Positions 11,687-25,559 are shown, numbered from the stretch's first letter. The stretch: 64,000 bases of DNA from Amphiscolops sp. MND2022 (GCA_964187785.1 OZ076409.1:71984001-72048000); one strand, 5' to 3'. Notes: a model not told the origin generated them from the sequence alone. Numbers and translations are program-made.

Positions 11687-13674
11687 GTGGGCGGGGGTAA
11701 TTCCCCAACAAAAATTACGGCCGGCGGGTTGGGTCCTGCCGGACGTTCAAATAGCGCGAAGCATCTAGTAGAAAACAAGGAGTCCTGAAACAGCGATTTT
11801 AAAATTGAACCGTTAGAATTTGGTTTTAGATTGCATGCGGCCCTAAAATCCCCATACGAATGGAAGTTCCTGCTGGCGTTAAGCGATTGAAATAATATAT
11901 AAAAAGTTATGGCCCATTTTTGGGTCACCGAGAAGGTCAAAATGAGGAAAATTTTAACTAAGTTGCTGATAACTCAAAATGTGTTAATTTTTGGACTTTG
12001 ACTGTGAAACAAGCTTGGAACCTTCATTTCGTGGCTGTGGCATTGCACTGAACACAAATGATGTAAAGTTTTCACATTTTTTGAAAATTCGACATTTTTG
12101 AATTTTTTTCACTACTATCAGTACACTATATGTCAAAAACACCTCTGAAAAAATTTTTTATTTGCTTAAAATTGGAAACCTTGGTATCCATGGTTTCTGT
12201 CGGAACCTACTCGCTGCCAAACACCCAACAGTTTGCATCCAATGTGAATTTAAAATTTTTTTCGAGGTCATAAGTGTTTCACAAGGTTTTCATAACTTAG
12301 TATTAAACTACAAACTGGTCATTTTCAACATAATATCTTTGTCGAGGCATGTCGGATATAGTCCTATTGCTCACGAACGGTCCTACTGGCAACGTAATAA
12401 CCATTTATAGAAATGTAAAGTTATAAAAAAAATTTTCACCCGGTCTTCAGTCATTTTTCAGTCATTCGGAACTTAACTTAGAAAAATTTCGACCAAAATA
12501 TCCATTTTTTGTCAGGTCGAAAAATCAAATTCAGATTTTTAAGCAAAATTATTAACTCTGACGTAACCCATGGGGCCCATGATACTCAAAACAACGATTG
12601 ACACTGGTATCAATGGCTCCAATAGCATATGAGTCGCGATAAGACGTTATTTTGAGCATTACGTCTCAATTGAGGTAAAGATCTCGCAAGCCAGTGATCA
12701 CTGTGAAATGTGATTTCATCAAAAATTTACTCTTTTTTGTCAATCACTATGTGCACAGAATGCGTAGGGTGCGTTTCAGCACTATAATGAGGTTTTTGAA
12801 GGCATCGAGTTGCTCAAGGGGTGGTATGAGACATTTTTGTCCCATATACTACTGTATTTTCCAAAATTTTTAGCCCAAAATCTGCAAATACAAACTTGAC
12901 AAAATACTTTCAACTACTTTATTCAAAGGTTACAATATAGATGAACACTGTGGTTGATCAGAAACTTTCATCTCTTTCGTTTTCCGAAATATTTCCCTTC
13001 GCATGTGTAACATTCGTAGCAGAAAAAAAAATCGAAACTGAAAAATACGCAATTTTGCTAGAATAGAAACGCAATGATTGTGCCTAAAAACTCTTTAAAC
13101 ACTTCTAACGCAACCTTACGCACCCAAAATGATCGAATATGCTATTCACAATGGTGACATGTGCTCTTTCTACGATCCTGGCTGGACAAGGTTTGCATAT
13201 TTTTCAAGTACCTGTCAGCTAAATCTTGTGATAGCCTTTTCAGTTGGCCTTGTGTCAACTTGGGAAGGCTATCACATCAAAAAACCATCAACAAAAATAA
13301 TTTTTGTTTATTGGATCTTACAGTCGATACTTTTTTTCGTGATTCTATACTACCATTAGTATATTTCATCAGGTCACCTTACAATTGCATTCAGTCTTTG
13401 ATAAAAACCTATGAACTCAAAGTCACATTTATATATTTTTTTGCCAGAAAATAACATCAAAAATATCTAAAATATATAAAATAGAGTCTTTAACATTTTT
13501 ACGTTTCAAGTTTTTGCCGTTATTAGGCCAATCAACGTCCTAGAGCCACATCCTGCCACATACTGTACAACGCCACATAGTGTTGCGACGTGCACAGTCT
13601 GTGGGCATGCCGAGGCATGCCCTTCGACGACGTATGCCGAATACCGCGGGCCTACGCCCGCGCTCCCCGGCTAG
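11687..13674 (+). repeat. Unit 4, class A (1988 bp)
   Basis: Junction to junction; A interior. Confidence 0.92.
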
Positions 13675-15658
13675 GTGGGCGGGGGTAATTCCCCAACAAA
13701 AATTACGGCCGGCGGGTTGGGTCCTGCCGGACGTTCAAATAGCGCGAAGCATCTAGTAGAAAACAAGGAGTCCTGAAACAGCGATTTTAAAATTGAACCG
13801 TTAGAATTTGGTTTTAGATTGCATGCGGCCCTAAAATCCCCATACGAATGGAAGTTCCTGCTGGCGTTAAGCGATTGAAATAATATATAAAAAGTTATGG
13901 CCCATTTTTGGGTCACCGAGAAGGTCAAAATGAAGAAAATTTTAACTAAGTTGCTGATAACTCAAAATGTGTTAATTTTTGGACTTTGACTGTGAAACAA
14001 GCTTGGAACCTTCATTTCGTGGCTGTGGCATTGCACTGAACACAAAAGATGTAAAGTTTTCACATTTTTTGAAAATTCGACATTTTTGAATTTTTTTTCA
14101 CTACTATCAGTACACTATATGTCAAAAACACCTCTGAAAAATTTTTTGATTTGCTTAAATTTAGAAACCTCGGTATCCATGGTTTCCGTCAGTGCCTACT
14201 CGCTGCCAAACACTCAACAGTTTGCATCCAATGTGAAAATAAAAAATTTTTCGAGGTCTTAGGTGTTTCACAAGGATTACTCAACTTAGTATCAATTTAC
14301 AAATTGGTCATTTTGAACACATTATTTTCATCGAAGCGTGTCATATACCGCCCTAATGCTCACGAACGGGCCTACTGGCAACGTTGGAACCATTTATAGT
14401 AATAAAAAGTTTTAAAAAAATTTTTTCACCCCGTCTTCAGTCATTTTACTCACTTTCGGAACTTAACTTAGAAAAATTTCACCCAAAAACCCATTTTTTG
14501 TCATGTCGAAAATTCAAATTCAGCTTTTTAAGCAAAATAAATAAATCTGACATAACCAGTGGGGCCCATGAAACTCAAAACCACGATTGAGACTGGTATC
14601 AATGGCTCCAATAACATATGAGTCGCGATAAGACGTTATTTTGAGCAAAACATCTCAATTGAGGTAAACATCTCGCAAGCCAGGGATCACTGTGAAAAGT
14701 GATTTAATCAAAATTTTACTCATTTTCGTCAATCACTATGTGCACAAAGTGCGTTGGGTGAATTCCAGCATTATAATTAGGTTTTTGAAGGCATCGGGTT
14801 GCTCAAGGGGTGGTATGAGACATTTTTTTCCGATATACTACTGTATTTTCTTAAGCTTTTAGCCCATTATCTTCAAAAACTAACTTGACAAAAAACTTTC
14901 AATTATTTTATTCAAAGGTTACAATATAGATGAACCCTGTGGTTGATCAGAAACTTTCATCTCTTTCGTTTTCCGAAATAATTTCCTTCACATGTGTTAC
15001 ATTTGTAACATAAAAAAATCCAAAACTAAAAATTACGCTATTTTGCTAATATGGAATCGCAATGATTGTGCCTAAAAACTCTTTAAATACTTCTAACACG
15101 ACCTTGCGGACACAAAATGATTGAAAATGCCATTCACAATGGTGACATGTGCTCTTTCTACGATCCTGACTGAACAAGTTTTGCATTTTGTTCATGTACC
15201 TGTCAATTGAATTTTGTGATAGCCTTTCAAGTTGGCCTTGCGTCAACTTTGGAAGGCTATCACATCAAAAAATTTTCATCAAAAATCTTTTTTGTTTATT
15301 GGATATAACAGTCGATACCTTTTTTTGGTGATTCTATACTACCGTTAGTACCTTCCATTAGGTCACCAGACGATTACATTCTGTCTTTGATAAAAATCTA
15401 TGAACTCAAAGTCATAATTATATATTTTTTGCCCAAAAAACATCAAAAAAATCAAAAATATTTAAAATAGAGTCTTTAACTTTTTTTCGTTTTAACTTTC
15501 TGCCGTTCTTAGGCCAATCAACGTCCTAGAGCCACATCCAGTCATACTGTACAACGCCACATAGTGTTGCGACGTGCACGGTCCGTGGGCATGCCGAGGC
15601 ATGCCCTTCGACGACGTATGCCGAATGCACTGCGGCGACGCCCGCAGTCCAAGGCTAG
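13675..15658 (+). repeat. Unit 5, class A (1984 bp)
   Basis: A interior; ends with ACTGCGG-CGACGC-CCGCAGT hairpin + CTAG. Confidence 0.92.
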
Positions 15659-15691
15659 GTGCGGGGGGGTAACCCCTACAAAGATATTGGA

Positions 15692-15715
15692 GGATTCGGG
15701 TAGGGTCCTGAATCC
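15692..15715 (+). other. 5' subterminal hairpin, B form (GGATTCGGG-TAGGGT-CCTGAATCC)
   Basis: 9-bp stem; loop region and offset from the junction match the A form, while the outer stem sequence differs. Confidence 0.75.
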
Positions 15716-17170
15716 GATCTTAGTACCGCCAGCTATCAGTAGAAAATTTCCCTCAAAAACCGGGATCTCGGGAACTAACCGTAGGATTTGAAAGTTGGAG
15801 CGGCCCCCACCAGATTTTCCCGAATAGATCGCCCCCCACCGGGCTCCATACCCCGGAAAATTTTTTTTTGGCCACACGGGCGACAGTTAGGGGGTCATTT
15901 TAGGGGTAAAATTCATATTGGTCCATATAACTTTTTTCCTGTTGGTTTAAAAGTTTGGGAACCCTGCTAAAGGTTTTTCGACCATGTTGCAAGGGCTCCG
16001 GAGGTGCAAACCAAATTTTTCTATCTTGAAGCTATCTCCAAGTACCCCCCCGCTCAAACCGTTATTTTTCCGGAAACGCAGGTTTTTGACCCGGAAGGAG
16101 TCGTCTGAGCGCGGGGTCGTTAGGTGATGTTTTGGGGACGGCCTTGAGACAAAGTGGGGGACAAGTAGTTTGCCAACCTCAATTCACCCCCCGGACGGGA
16201 AATGACCGTTATATGAGCGTGAAAAATGCCCCCCTCCACGTTTTACCGCTATTTCCGGTGTGAAGGTGTGGGAGTAGCGCGTCGGGTGCCATATATCAAA
16301 AGTAGGTTTAGACAAGGATCTATCAAAAACATGTGGTTTGGGACCCCCTGACCCAACCCGTTAGCGGGAAATGGGGCTTCCGCCTCCTTTTTTTTCGGTT
16401 AAAAACGGAAAATGGGCATTGAGGGGTAAATATCTCGTGAACGCGTGGAGCTACGGTGTCCGTCACTACTACAAGGTTTCATACCCATGATATGGTGCCT
16501 TCAGGGGGGCAAACAGATTACCGCTATCTATCACCGTTACGGACTTGGCCCCCCAGCCCAACCGCTATGTGACCGGAAATGTCACTTTTTGAGCCCAAAG
16601 GGTCGGTCCCAGCCAGGGAACGTTAGGTAACTTTTTGTAGTACTCATTGAGACGAGTTGGGGGACATAGTTTCAGTCACCCCCCGTTACCCCTTGTGACC
16701 GGAAATGACCGTTATGTGGGTAAAATTGGGATTTTTGTACTTTTTGAAGGGCAATTAGGTGCGGAAGGAGTGGTAATAGGTGCTTGGACACTATATGATG
16801 GAATGGAGGACGTGAGGCGAACATTCAGACATAACCGTTATGTTGACCCTAAAGTCCCCCTGGTACCGTAAACGACCGGAAATGGTCAAATTTTGTGTCT
16901 ATTGGGTACAAATGTTTGGTATTTTGTAAATAAAAGTATCTATTAGGTGTTTCGACGGTCTGCAGTAGTGAACATAGTCATGAAACCTTGTGGGGGGTAA
17001 CGGTATATAGCACCGGAAGTCCAAAACGTTAGAGACGGGATAGGTTTTTCCGTTTTAAAATGTCTTTCGGCGTACTTTTGTCAACTAATATGGAATATTT
17101 TTTAAAATTAAAGTTTTTCCATATAGTTTCAGAGACTCCCAAACCTCAAACAACATAACCGTTACCTTAT

Positions 17171-17214
17171 GATAGCCTTTCAAGTTGGCCTGGTGTCAAC
17201 TTGGAAGGGCTATC
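17171..17214 (+). other. B-class long hairpin homologous to the A-class hairpin
   Basis: GATAGCCTTTCAAGTTGGC-CTGGT-GTCAACTTGGAAGGGCTATC; present in all complete B units. Confidence 0.85.
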
Positions 17215-17634
17215 CTTCAAAAATCGTTGATCAAGTGTGTTTTTGGGTATGTTTGAATCATTTTAGAATCAATTAGAGCTTCAAGAAAAATTTGCCAACG
17301 ACAAAAACTATGTCGCGATGATTCCGTTATTAGAGTAATAGTTAACAAAATATTGATTAAGTTGATTTTGTACATTTCAAATGTGTCCTTTATGCCAGAA
17401 AACCTTTTTACCAAACAAATGGTATTGATTGGATTGTATATAACAGGTAATAAAAGTTCAAATTGATTATTACGTTTTATTATGTAAGCTGAAACGTCAT
17501 ATTATAGTTTAATTAACGTCAACGCCACATACTTTACACCAACGCCCACCGTCTGTGGGCATGCCGAGGCATGCCCTTCGACGACGTATACCAAACACCC
17601 TCCATATCTACACCCTAACCGCGGTAGCAGCTAG

Positions 17635-19612
17635 GTGGGCGGGGGTAATTCCCCTTCAAAAAATTCGGCCGGCGGGTTGGGTCCTGCCGGACGTCAAATA
17701 GCAGAAAATACCTATTAGGAAACGGCGACACAAAACGGCGATTTTTAAATCTAACCACAATTTTTTGGACTTGGAGTGCATGCGGCCCTGAAATGCCCAT
17801 ACGAATCGAAGTTCCTGCTGACGTTAAGCGATTGAAATAATATATAAAAAGTTATGGCCCATTTTTGGGTCACCGAGAAGGGCAAAATGAGGAAAATTTT
17901 TACAAAGTCGCTGATAACTCAAAATGTGTTAATTTTTGGACATTGACTGTGAAACAAGCTTGGAACCTTCATTTCGTGGCTGTGGCATTGCACTGAACAC
18001 AAAAGATGTAAAGTTTTTACATTTTTTGAAAATTCGACATTTTTGAGCATCAAACATCAGCACCCCATATGTCAAAAACGCCTCAGAAAAAAATTTTTAT
18101 TTGCTTTAAATTGGAAACCTTGGTATCCATGGTTTCTGTCGGAACCTACTCGCAGCCAAACACCCAACAGTTTGCATCCAATGTGAGAATAAAAATTTTT
18201 TCTGGGTCATAAGCGTTTCACAAGGATTTCTCAACTTAGTATTAATTTACAAAATGGTCATTTTGAACACAAAATTTTCATCGAGGCTTGTCGGCTATAG
18301 GCCTAATGTTCTAGAACGGTCCCACTGGCAACGTAGGAACCATTTATAGTAATTGAAAGTTATAAAATAATTTTTTTCACCCGTTCTTCAGTCATTTTTC
18401 AGACATTCGGAACTTATCTTAGAAAAATTTCGTCTCAAACACCCATTTTTTGACAGGTCGAAAAATCAAATTAGGCTTTTTAAGCACAATTATTAACTCT
18501 GACGTAACCCATGGGGCCCATGATACTCAAAACAACGATTGACACTGGTATCAATGGCTCCAATAACATATGAGTCGCGATAAGACGTTATTTTGAGCAA
18601 TACGTCTCAATTGAGGTAAACATCTCGCAAGCCTGGGATCACAGTGGAATGTAAATTCATCAAAAATTTACTCATTTTTGTCAATTACTATGTGCACAGA
18701 GTGCGTAGGGTGAGTTCCAGCACTATAATGAGGTTTTTGAAGGCATCGGGTTGCTCAAGGGGTGGTATGAGACATTTTTTTTCTATATACTACTGTATTT
18801 TCCAAAACGTTTAGCCCATTATCTCGAAAAACTAACTTGACAAAATACTTTCAATGATTTTATTCAAAGGCTACAATGTAGATGAACCCAGTGGTTGATC
18901 AGAAACTTTCATCTCTTTCGTTTTCCGAAATATTTCCCTTCGCATGTGTTACATTTGTAGCAGAAAAAAAATCGAAACTGAAAAATACGATATTTTGCTA
19001 ATATAGAATCGCAATGATTGTGCCTAAAAACTCTTTAAACACTTCTAACGCGACCTTACGCACCCAAAATGATCAAAAATGCTATTCACAATGGTGACAT
19101 GTGCTCTTTCAACGATCCTGACTGAACAATTTTCGCAAATTATTCAAGTACCTGTTAACTGAATCTCGTGATAGCCTTTTAAGTTGGCCTTGTGTCAACT
19201 TGGGAAGGCTATCACATCAAAAAATTTTCAACAAAAATACTTTTTGTTTATTGGAAATGACAGTCGATATATAATTTCGTGATTCTATACTACCGTTAGT
19301 ACCTTCCATTAAGTCACCTGACGATTGCTTTCAGTCTTTGATAAATACCTATGAACTCGAAGTCTTATTTATAAATTTTTTGCTAAAAATAAACATCAAA
19401 ACTATCCAAATTATTTAAAATTGAGTCTTTACCGTTTTTGTTTTTCTTTTTCTACTGTTATTAGGCTCATCAACTTCCTACAGCCACGCTCTCTGTCATA
19501 CTGTACAACGCCACATAGTGTTGCGACGTGCACGGTCTGTGGGCATGCCGAGGCATGCCCTTCGACGACGTATGCCGAATGCACTGCGGCGACGCCCGCA
19601 GTCCAAGGCTAG
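17635..19612 (+). repeat. Unit 7, class A (1978 bp)
   Basis: Junction to junction; A interior with a small replacement/deletion near 18047-18060. Confidence 0.92.
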
Positions 19613-21583
19613 GTGCGGGGGGGTAACCCCAACAAATATATTGGAGGATTCGGGTAGGGTCCTGAATCCGATTTTAACTCTAATAGCTATCGATAGGAAA
19701 TCTTGCAAAAATTTCGGGATCTCGTGATCTAACCATAGGATTTTAAAGTTGGAGCGGCCCCCACCAGATTTTCCGAAAATTAGCGCCCCCCACCGGTTTC
19801 CATACCCCGGAAAATTTTTTTCTGGCCACACGGGCGACCGTTAGGGGGTCATTTTAGGGGTAAAATTCATATTGGGCCACATAACTTTTTTTCTGTTGAT
19901 TTAAAACTTTGGAACCCTGCTAAAAGTTTCTTGACCGTGTTGCAGGGGCCCCGAAGGTCCAAACCAAATTTTTCTATCTTGAAGCTATCTCCAAGTACCC
20001 CCCCGCTCAAACCGTTATTTTTCCGGAAACGCAGGTTTTTGACCCGGAAGGAGTCGTCTGAGCGCGGGGTCGTTAGGTGATGTATTGGGGACGGCCTTGA
20101 GACGAAGTGGGGGACAAGTAGTTTGCCAACCTCAATTTACCCCCCGGACGGGAAATGACCGTTATATGAGCGTGAAAAATGCCCCCCTCCACGTTTTACC
20201 GCTATTTCCGGTGTGAAGGAGTGGGAGTAGCGCGTCGGGTGTTATATAACAAAAGTAGGTTTAGACAAGGACCTATCGGAAACATGTAGTTTGGGACCCC
20301 CTGGACCAACCCGTTAGCGGGAAATGGGGCTTCCGCCTCCTTTTTTTAGTGCTAAAACCGTAAAATGGGCATTGAGGGGTAAATATCTCGTGAACGCGTG
20401 GAGCAATCGTGTCCATCACTACTACAAGGTTTCATACCCATGATATGGTGCCTTCAGGGGGGCAAACAGATTTCCGCTATCTATCACCGTTACCGACTTG
20501 TCCCCCCAGCCTAACCGCTATGTGACCGGAAATGTCACTTTTTGAGCCCAAAGGGTCGGACCCAGCCTGGGAACGTTAGGTAACTTATTGTAGTACTCAA
20601 TGAGACGAGTTGGGGGATATAGTTTCAGTCAACCCCCGTTACCCCTTGGGACCGGAAATGACCGTTATGTGGGTAAATTTGCAATTTTTATACTTTTTCA
20701 AGTGTATTTAGGTGCGGAAGGAGTGGTAATAGGTGCTTGGACACTATATGAGGTAAGGGAGGACGTGAGGCGAGCATTCGGAAATAACCGTTATGTTGAC
20801 CCTAAAGTCCCCCTAGTACCGTAAACGACCGGAAATGGTCAAATTTTGTGTCTATTGGGTACAAATGTTTTGTATTTTGTAGATAAAAGTATCTATTAGG
20901 TGTTTCGACGGTCTACAGTAGTGAACATAGTCATGAAACCTTGTGGGGGGTAACGGTATATAGCACCGGAAGTCAAACCGTTGGAGACAGGATAGGTTTT
21001 TTGGTTTTAAAATGTCTTTCGGCGTAATTTTTTCGACTCTTGTGGACTATTTTTAAAAATTAACGTTTTTCCATATAGTTTCAGAGACTCCGAAACCTCA
21101 ACCAACATAACCGTTACCTTATGATAGCCTTTCAAGTTGGCCTGGTGTCAACTTGGAAGCGCTATCCTTCTGAAATCGTTAATCAAGAGTGTTTTTGGGT
21201 AGGTATATATTGCATTAGTACCAATTAGAGCTTCATCAACAGTGTACCAACGACAAAAACTATGCCGTCATGATTCCGTTATTAGAATCATAGTGAGCAA
21301 ATTGTTGAAAAAAATGGTTTTTTCCATACAAAATGTGTCCTAAATGCCAGGAAACCTATTTACCTAACAAATGGTATTAATTGGAATGTTTGTAACAGAT
21401 TTATAAAAGTTCAAATTGAATATTACATTTCATTTTGGAAGCTGAAACGTCATATTTTAGTTTAATTAACGTCAACGCCACACACTTTACATCAACGCAC
21501 ACCGTCTGTGGGCATGCCGAGGCATGCCCTTCGACGACGTATGACAAATCCTTATCAAACGACGCCCGTACATCCCGGGCTAG
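19613..21583 (+). repeat. Unit 8, class B (1971 bp)
   Basis: B interior; ends GCCCG-TACATCC-CGGGC-TAG. Confidence 0.92.
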
Positions 21584-23566
21584 GTGGGCGGGGGTAATTC
21601 CCCTTCAAAAAATTCGGCCGGCGGGTTGGGTCCTGCCGGACGTCAAATAGCAGAAAATACCTATTAGGAAACGGCGACACAAAACGGCGATTTTTAAATC
21701 TAACCACAATTTTTTGGACTTGGAGTGCATGCGGCCCTGAAATGCCCATACGAATCGAAGTTCCTGCTGACGTTAAGCGATTGAAATAATATATAAAAAG
21801 TTATGGCCCATTTTTGGGTCACCGAGAAGGGCAAAATGAGGAAAATTTTAACTAAGTCGCTGATAACTCAAAATGTGTTAATTTTTGGACATTGACTGTG
21901 AAACAAGCTTGGAACCTTCATTTCGTGGCTGTGGCATTGCACTGAACACAAAAGATGTAAAGTTTTTACATTTTTTGAAAATTCGACTTATTTGAAATTT
22001 TTTTCACTACTATCAGTACCCCATATGTCAAAAACGCCTCAAAAAAAAATTTTATTTGCTTTAAATTGGAAACCTTGGTATCCATGGTTTCTGTCGGAAC
22101 CTACTCGCAGCCAAACACCCAACAGTTTGCATCCAATGTGAAAATAAAAATTTTTTCGGGGTCATAAGCGTTTCACAAGGATTTCTCAACTTAGTATTAA
22201 TTTACAAAATGGTCATTTTGAACATAATATTTTCATCGAGGCTTGTCGGCTATAGCCTTAAAGTTCTAGAACGGTCCCACTGGCAACGTAGCAACCATTT
22301 ATAGTAATATAAAAGGTTAAAAATTTTTTTCACCCGGTCTTCAGTCATTTTTCAGTCATTCGGAACTTAACTTAGAAAAATTTCGACCAAAATACCCATT
22401 TTTTGTCAGGTCGAAAATTCAAATTCAGATTTTTAAACAAAATTATTAACTCTGACGTAACCCATGGGGCCTATGATTTTCAAAACAACGATTGACACTG
22501 GTATCAATGGCTCCAATAACATATGAGTCGCGATAAGACGTTTTTTTGAGCAATACGTCTCAATTGAGGTAAAGATCTCGCAAGCCAGCGATCACTGTGA
22601 AATGCGATTTCATCAAAAATTTACTCATTTTTGTCAATCACTATGTGCACAGAATGCGTAGGGTGCGTTTCAGCACTATAATGAGGTTTTTGAATGCATC
22701 GAGTTGCTCAAGGGGTGGTATGAGACATTTTTGTCCCATATACTACTGTATTTTCCAAAATTTTTAGCCCAATATCTGGAAATACAAACTTGACAAAATA
22801 CTTTCAACTACTTTATTCAAAGGTTACAATATAGATGAACACTGTGGTTGATCAGAAACTTTCATCTCTTTCGTTTTCCGAAATATTTCCCTTCGCATGT
22901 GTTATATTTGAAGCAGAAAAAAAATCGAAACTGAAAAATACGCTATTTTGCTAATATAGAATCGCAATGATTGTGCCTAAAAACTCTTTAAACACTTCTA
23001 ACGCGACCTTACGCACCCAAAACGATCGAAAATGCTATTCACAATGGTGACATGTGCTCTTTCTACGATCCTGGCTGGACAAGGTTTGCATATTTTTCAA
23101 GTACCTGTCAGCTGAATCTTGTGATAGCCTTTTAAGTTGGCCTTGTGTCAACTTGGGAAGGCTATCACATCAAACAACCATCAACAAAAATAATTTTTGT
23201 TCATTGGATATTACAGTTGATACCTTTTTTCGTGATTCTATACTACCGTTAGTATATTCCATGAGGTCACCTTACGATTGCATTCAGACTTTGATAAAAA
23301 CCTATGAACTCAAAGTCACATTTATATATTTTTTGCCCAAAAAAAATCATCAAAAACATCTAAAACATCTAAAATAGAGTCTTTAACGTTTTTACGTTTC
23401 AAGTTTTTGCCGTTATTAGGCTCATCAACTTCCTACAGCCACGCTCTCTGTCATTAGTACAACGCCACATAGTGTTGCGACGTGCACGGTCTGTGGGCAT
23501 GCCGAGGCATGCCCTTCGACGACGTATGCCGAATACCGCGGGCCTACGCCCGCGCTCCCCGGCTAG
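21584..23566 (+). repeat. Unit 9, class A (1983 bp)
   Basis: Junction to junction; A interior. Confidence 0.92.
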
Positions 23567-25559
23567 GTGGGCGGGGGTAATTCCCCAACAAAAATTACGG
23601 CCGGCGGGTTGGGTCCTGCCGGACGTTCAAATAGCGCGAAGCATCTAGTAGAAAACAAGGAGTCCTGAAACAGCGATTTTAAAATTGAACCGTTAGAATT
23701 TGGTTTTAGATTGCATGCGGCCCTAAAATCCCCATACGAATGGAAAATCCTGCTGGCGTTAAGCGATTGAAATAATATATAAAAAGTTATGGCCCATTTT
23801 TGGGTCAACGAGAAGGTCAAAATGAAGAAAATTTTAACTAAGTTGCTGATAACTCAAAATGTGTTAATTTTTGGACTTTGACTGTGATACAAGCTTGGAA
23901 CCTTCATTTCGTGGCTGTGGCATTGCACTGAACACAAAAGATGTAAAGTTTTCACATTTTTTGAAAATTCGACATTTTTGAATTTTTTTTCACTAGTATC
24001 AGTACCCCATATGTCAAAAACGCCTCAGAAAAAAATTTTTATTTGCTTTAAACTGGAAACCTTGGTATCCATGGTTTCTGTCGGAACCTACTCGCTGCCA
24101 AACACCCAACAGTTTGCATCCAATGTGAAAATAAAATTTTTTTCGGGGTCATAAGCGTTTCACAAGGATTTCACAACTTAGTATTAATTTACAAAATGGT
24201 CATTTTGAACACAATATTTTCATCGAGGCTTGTCGGCTATAGCCTTAATGTTCTAGAACGGTCCCACTGACAACGTAGGAACCATTTATAGTAATAGAAA
24301 GTTTTAAAAAAATCTTTTCACCCGGTCTTCAGTCATTTTTCAGTCATTCGGAACTTAACTTAGAAAAATTTCGACCAAAATACCCATTTTTTGTCAGGTC
24401 GAAAATTCAAATTCAACTATTGAAGTAAAATTATTTACTCTGACGTAACCAGTGGGGCCCATAATACTCAAAAACACGAGTGGGACTAGTATTAGTGGCT
24501 CTAATAACATATGAGTCGCGATAAGAAGTTATTTTGAGCAATACGTCTCAATTGAGGTAAAGATCTCGCAAGACAGCGATCACTGTGAAATGTGATTTCA
24601 TCAAAAATATACTCATTTTTGTCAATCACTATGTGCACAAAATGCGTAGGGTGCGTTTCAGCACTATAATGAGGTTTTTGAGGGCATCGAGTTGCTCAAG
24701 GGGTGGTATGAGACATTTTTGTCCCATATATTACTGTATTTTCCAAAATTTTTAGCCCAATATCTGGAAATACAAACTTGACAAATTACTTTCAAATACT
24801 TTATTCAAAGGTTACAATATAGATGAACACTGTGGTTGATCAGAAACTTTCATCTCTTTCGTTTTCCGAAAAAATTCCCTTCGAATGTGTTACATTTGTA
24901 GCAGGAAAAAAAACCGAAACTAAAAAATTCGCGTTTTTGCTGAGACAGAATCGCAATGGTTACGCCTAAAATCTTTTTAAAAACTTCTAACGCGACCTTA
25001 CGGACCCAAAAAGATTGAATATGTCATTCACAAAGCTGACATGTGCTCTTTCTACAATCCTGACTGAACAATTTTCGCAAATTATTCAAGTACCTGTTAA
25101 CTGAATCTCGTGATAGCCTTTTAAGTTGGCCTTGTGTCAACTTGGGAAGGCTATCACATCAAAAAATTTTCAACAAAAATACTTTTTGTTTATTGGATAT
25201 GACAGTCGATATATAATTTCGTGATTCTATACTACCGTTAGTACCTTCCATTAAGTCACCTGACGATTGCATTCAGTCTTTGATAAATACCTATGAACTC
25301 GAAGTCATATTTATAAATTTTGTGCTAAAAATAAACATCAAAATTATCCAAATAATTTAAAATTGAGTCTTTACCGTTTTTGTTTTTCTTTTTCTACTGT
25401 TATTAGGCCCATCAACTTCCTACAGCCACGCTCTCTGTCATTAGTACAACGCCACATAGTGTTGCGACGTCCACCGTCTGTGGGCATGCCGAGGCATGCC
25501 CTTCGACGACGTATGCCAAAAATAGCGCCCTCCGCGGTCACTACCGCGGTAGCAGCTAG
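23567..25559 (+). repeat. Unit 10, class A (1993 bp)
   Basis: A interior; ends with CCGCGGT-CACT-ACCGCGG hairpin + CTAG. Confidence 0.92.

Larger units (their letters stand above)
15659..17634 (+). repeat. Unit 6, class B (1976 bp)
   Basis: Starts GTGCGGGGGGGTAACCCC; GC-richer interior unlike A; same junction core at its end. Confidence 0.92.
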
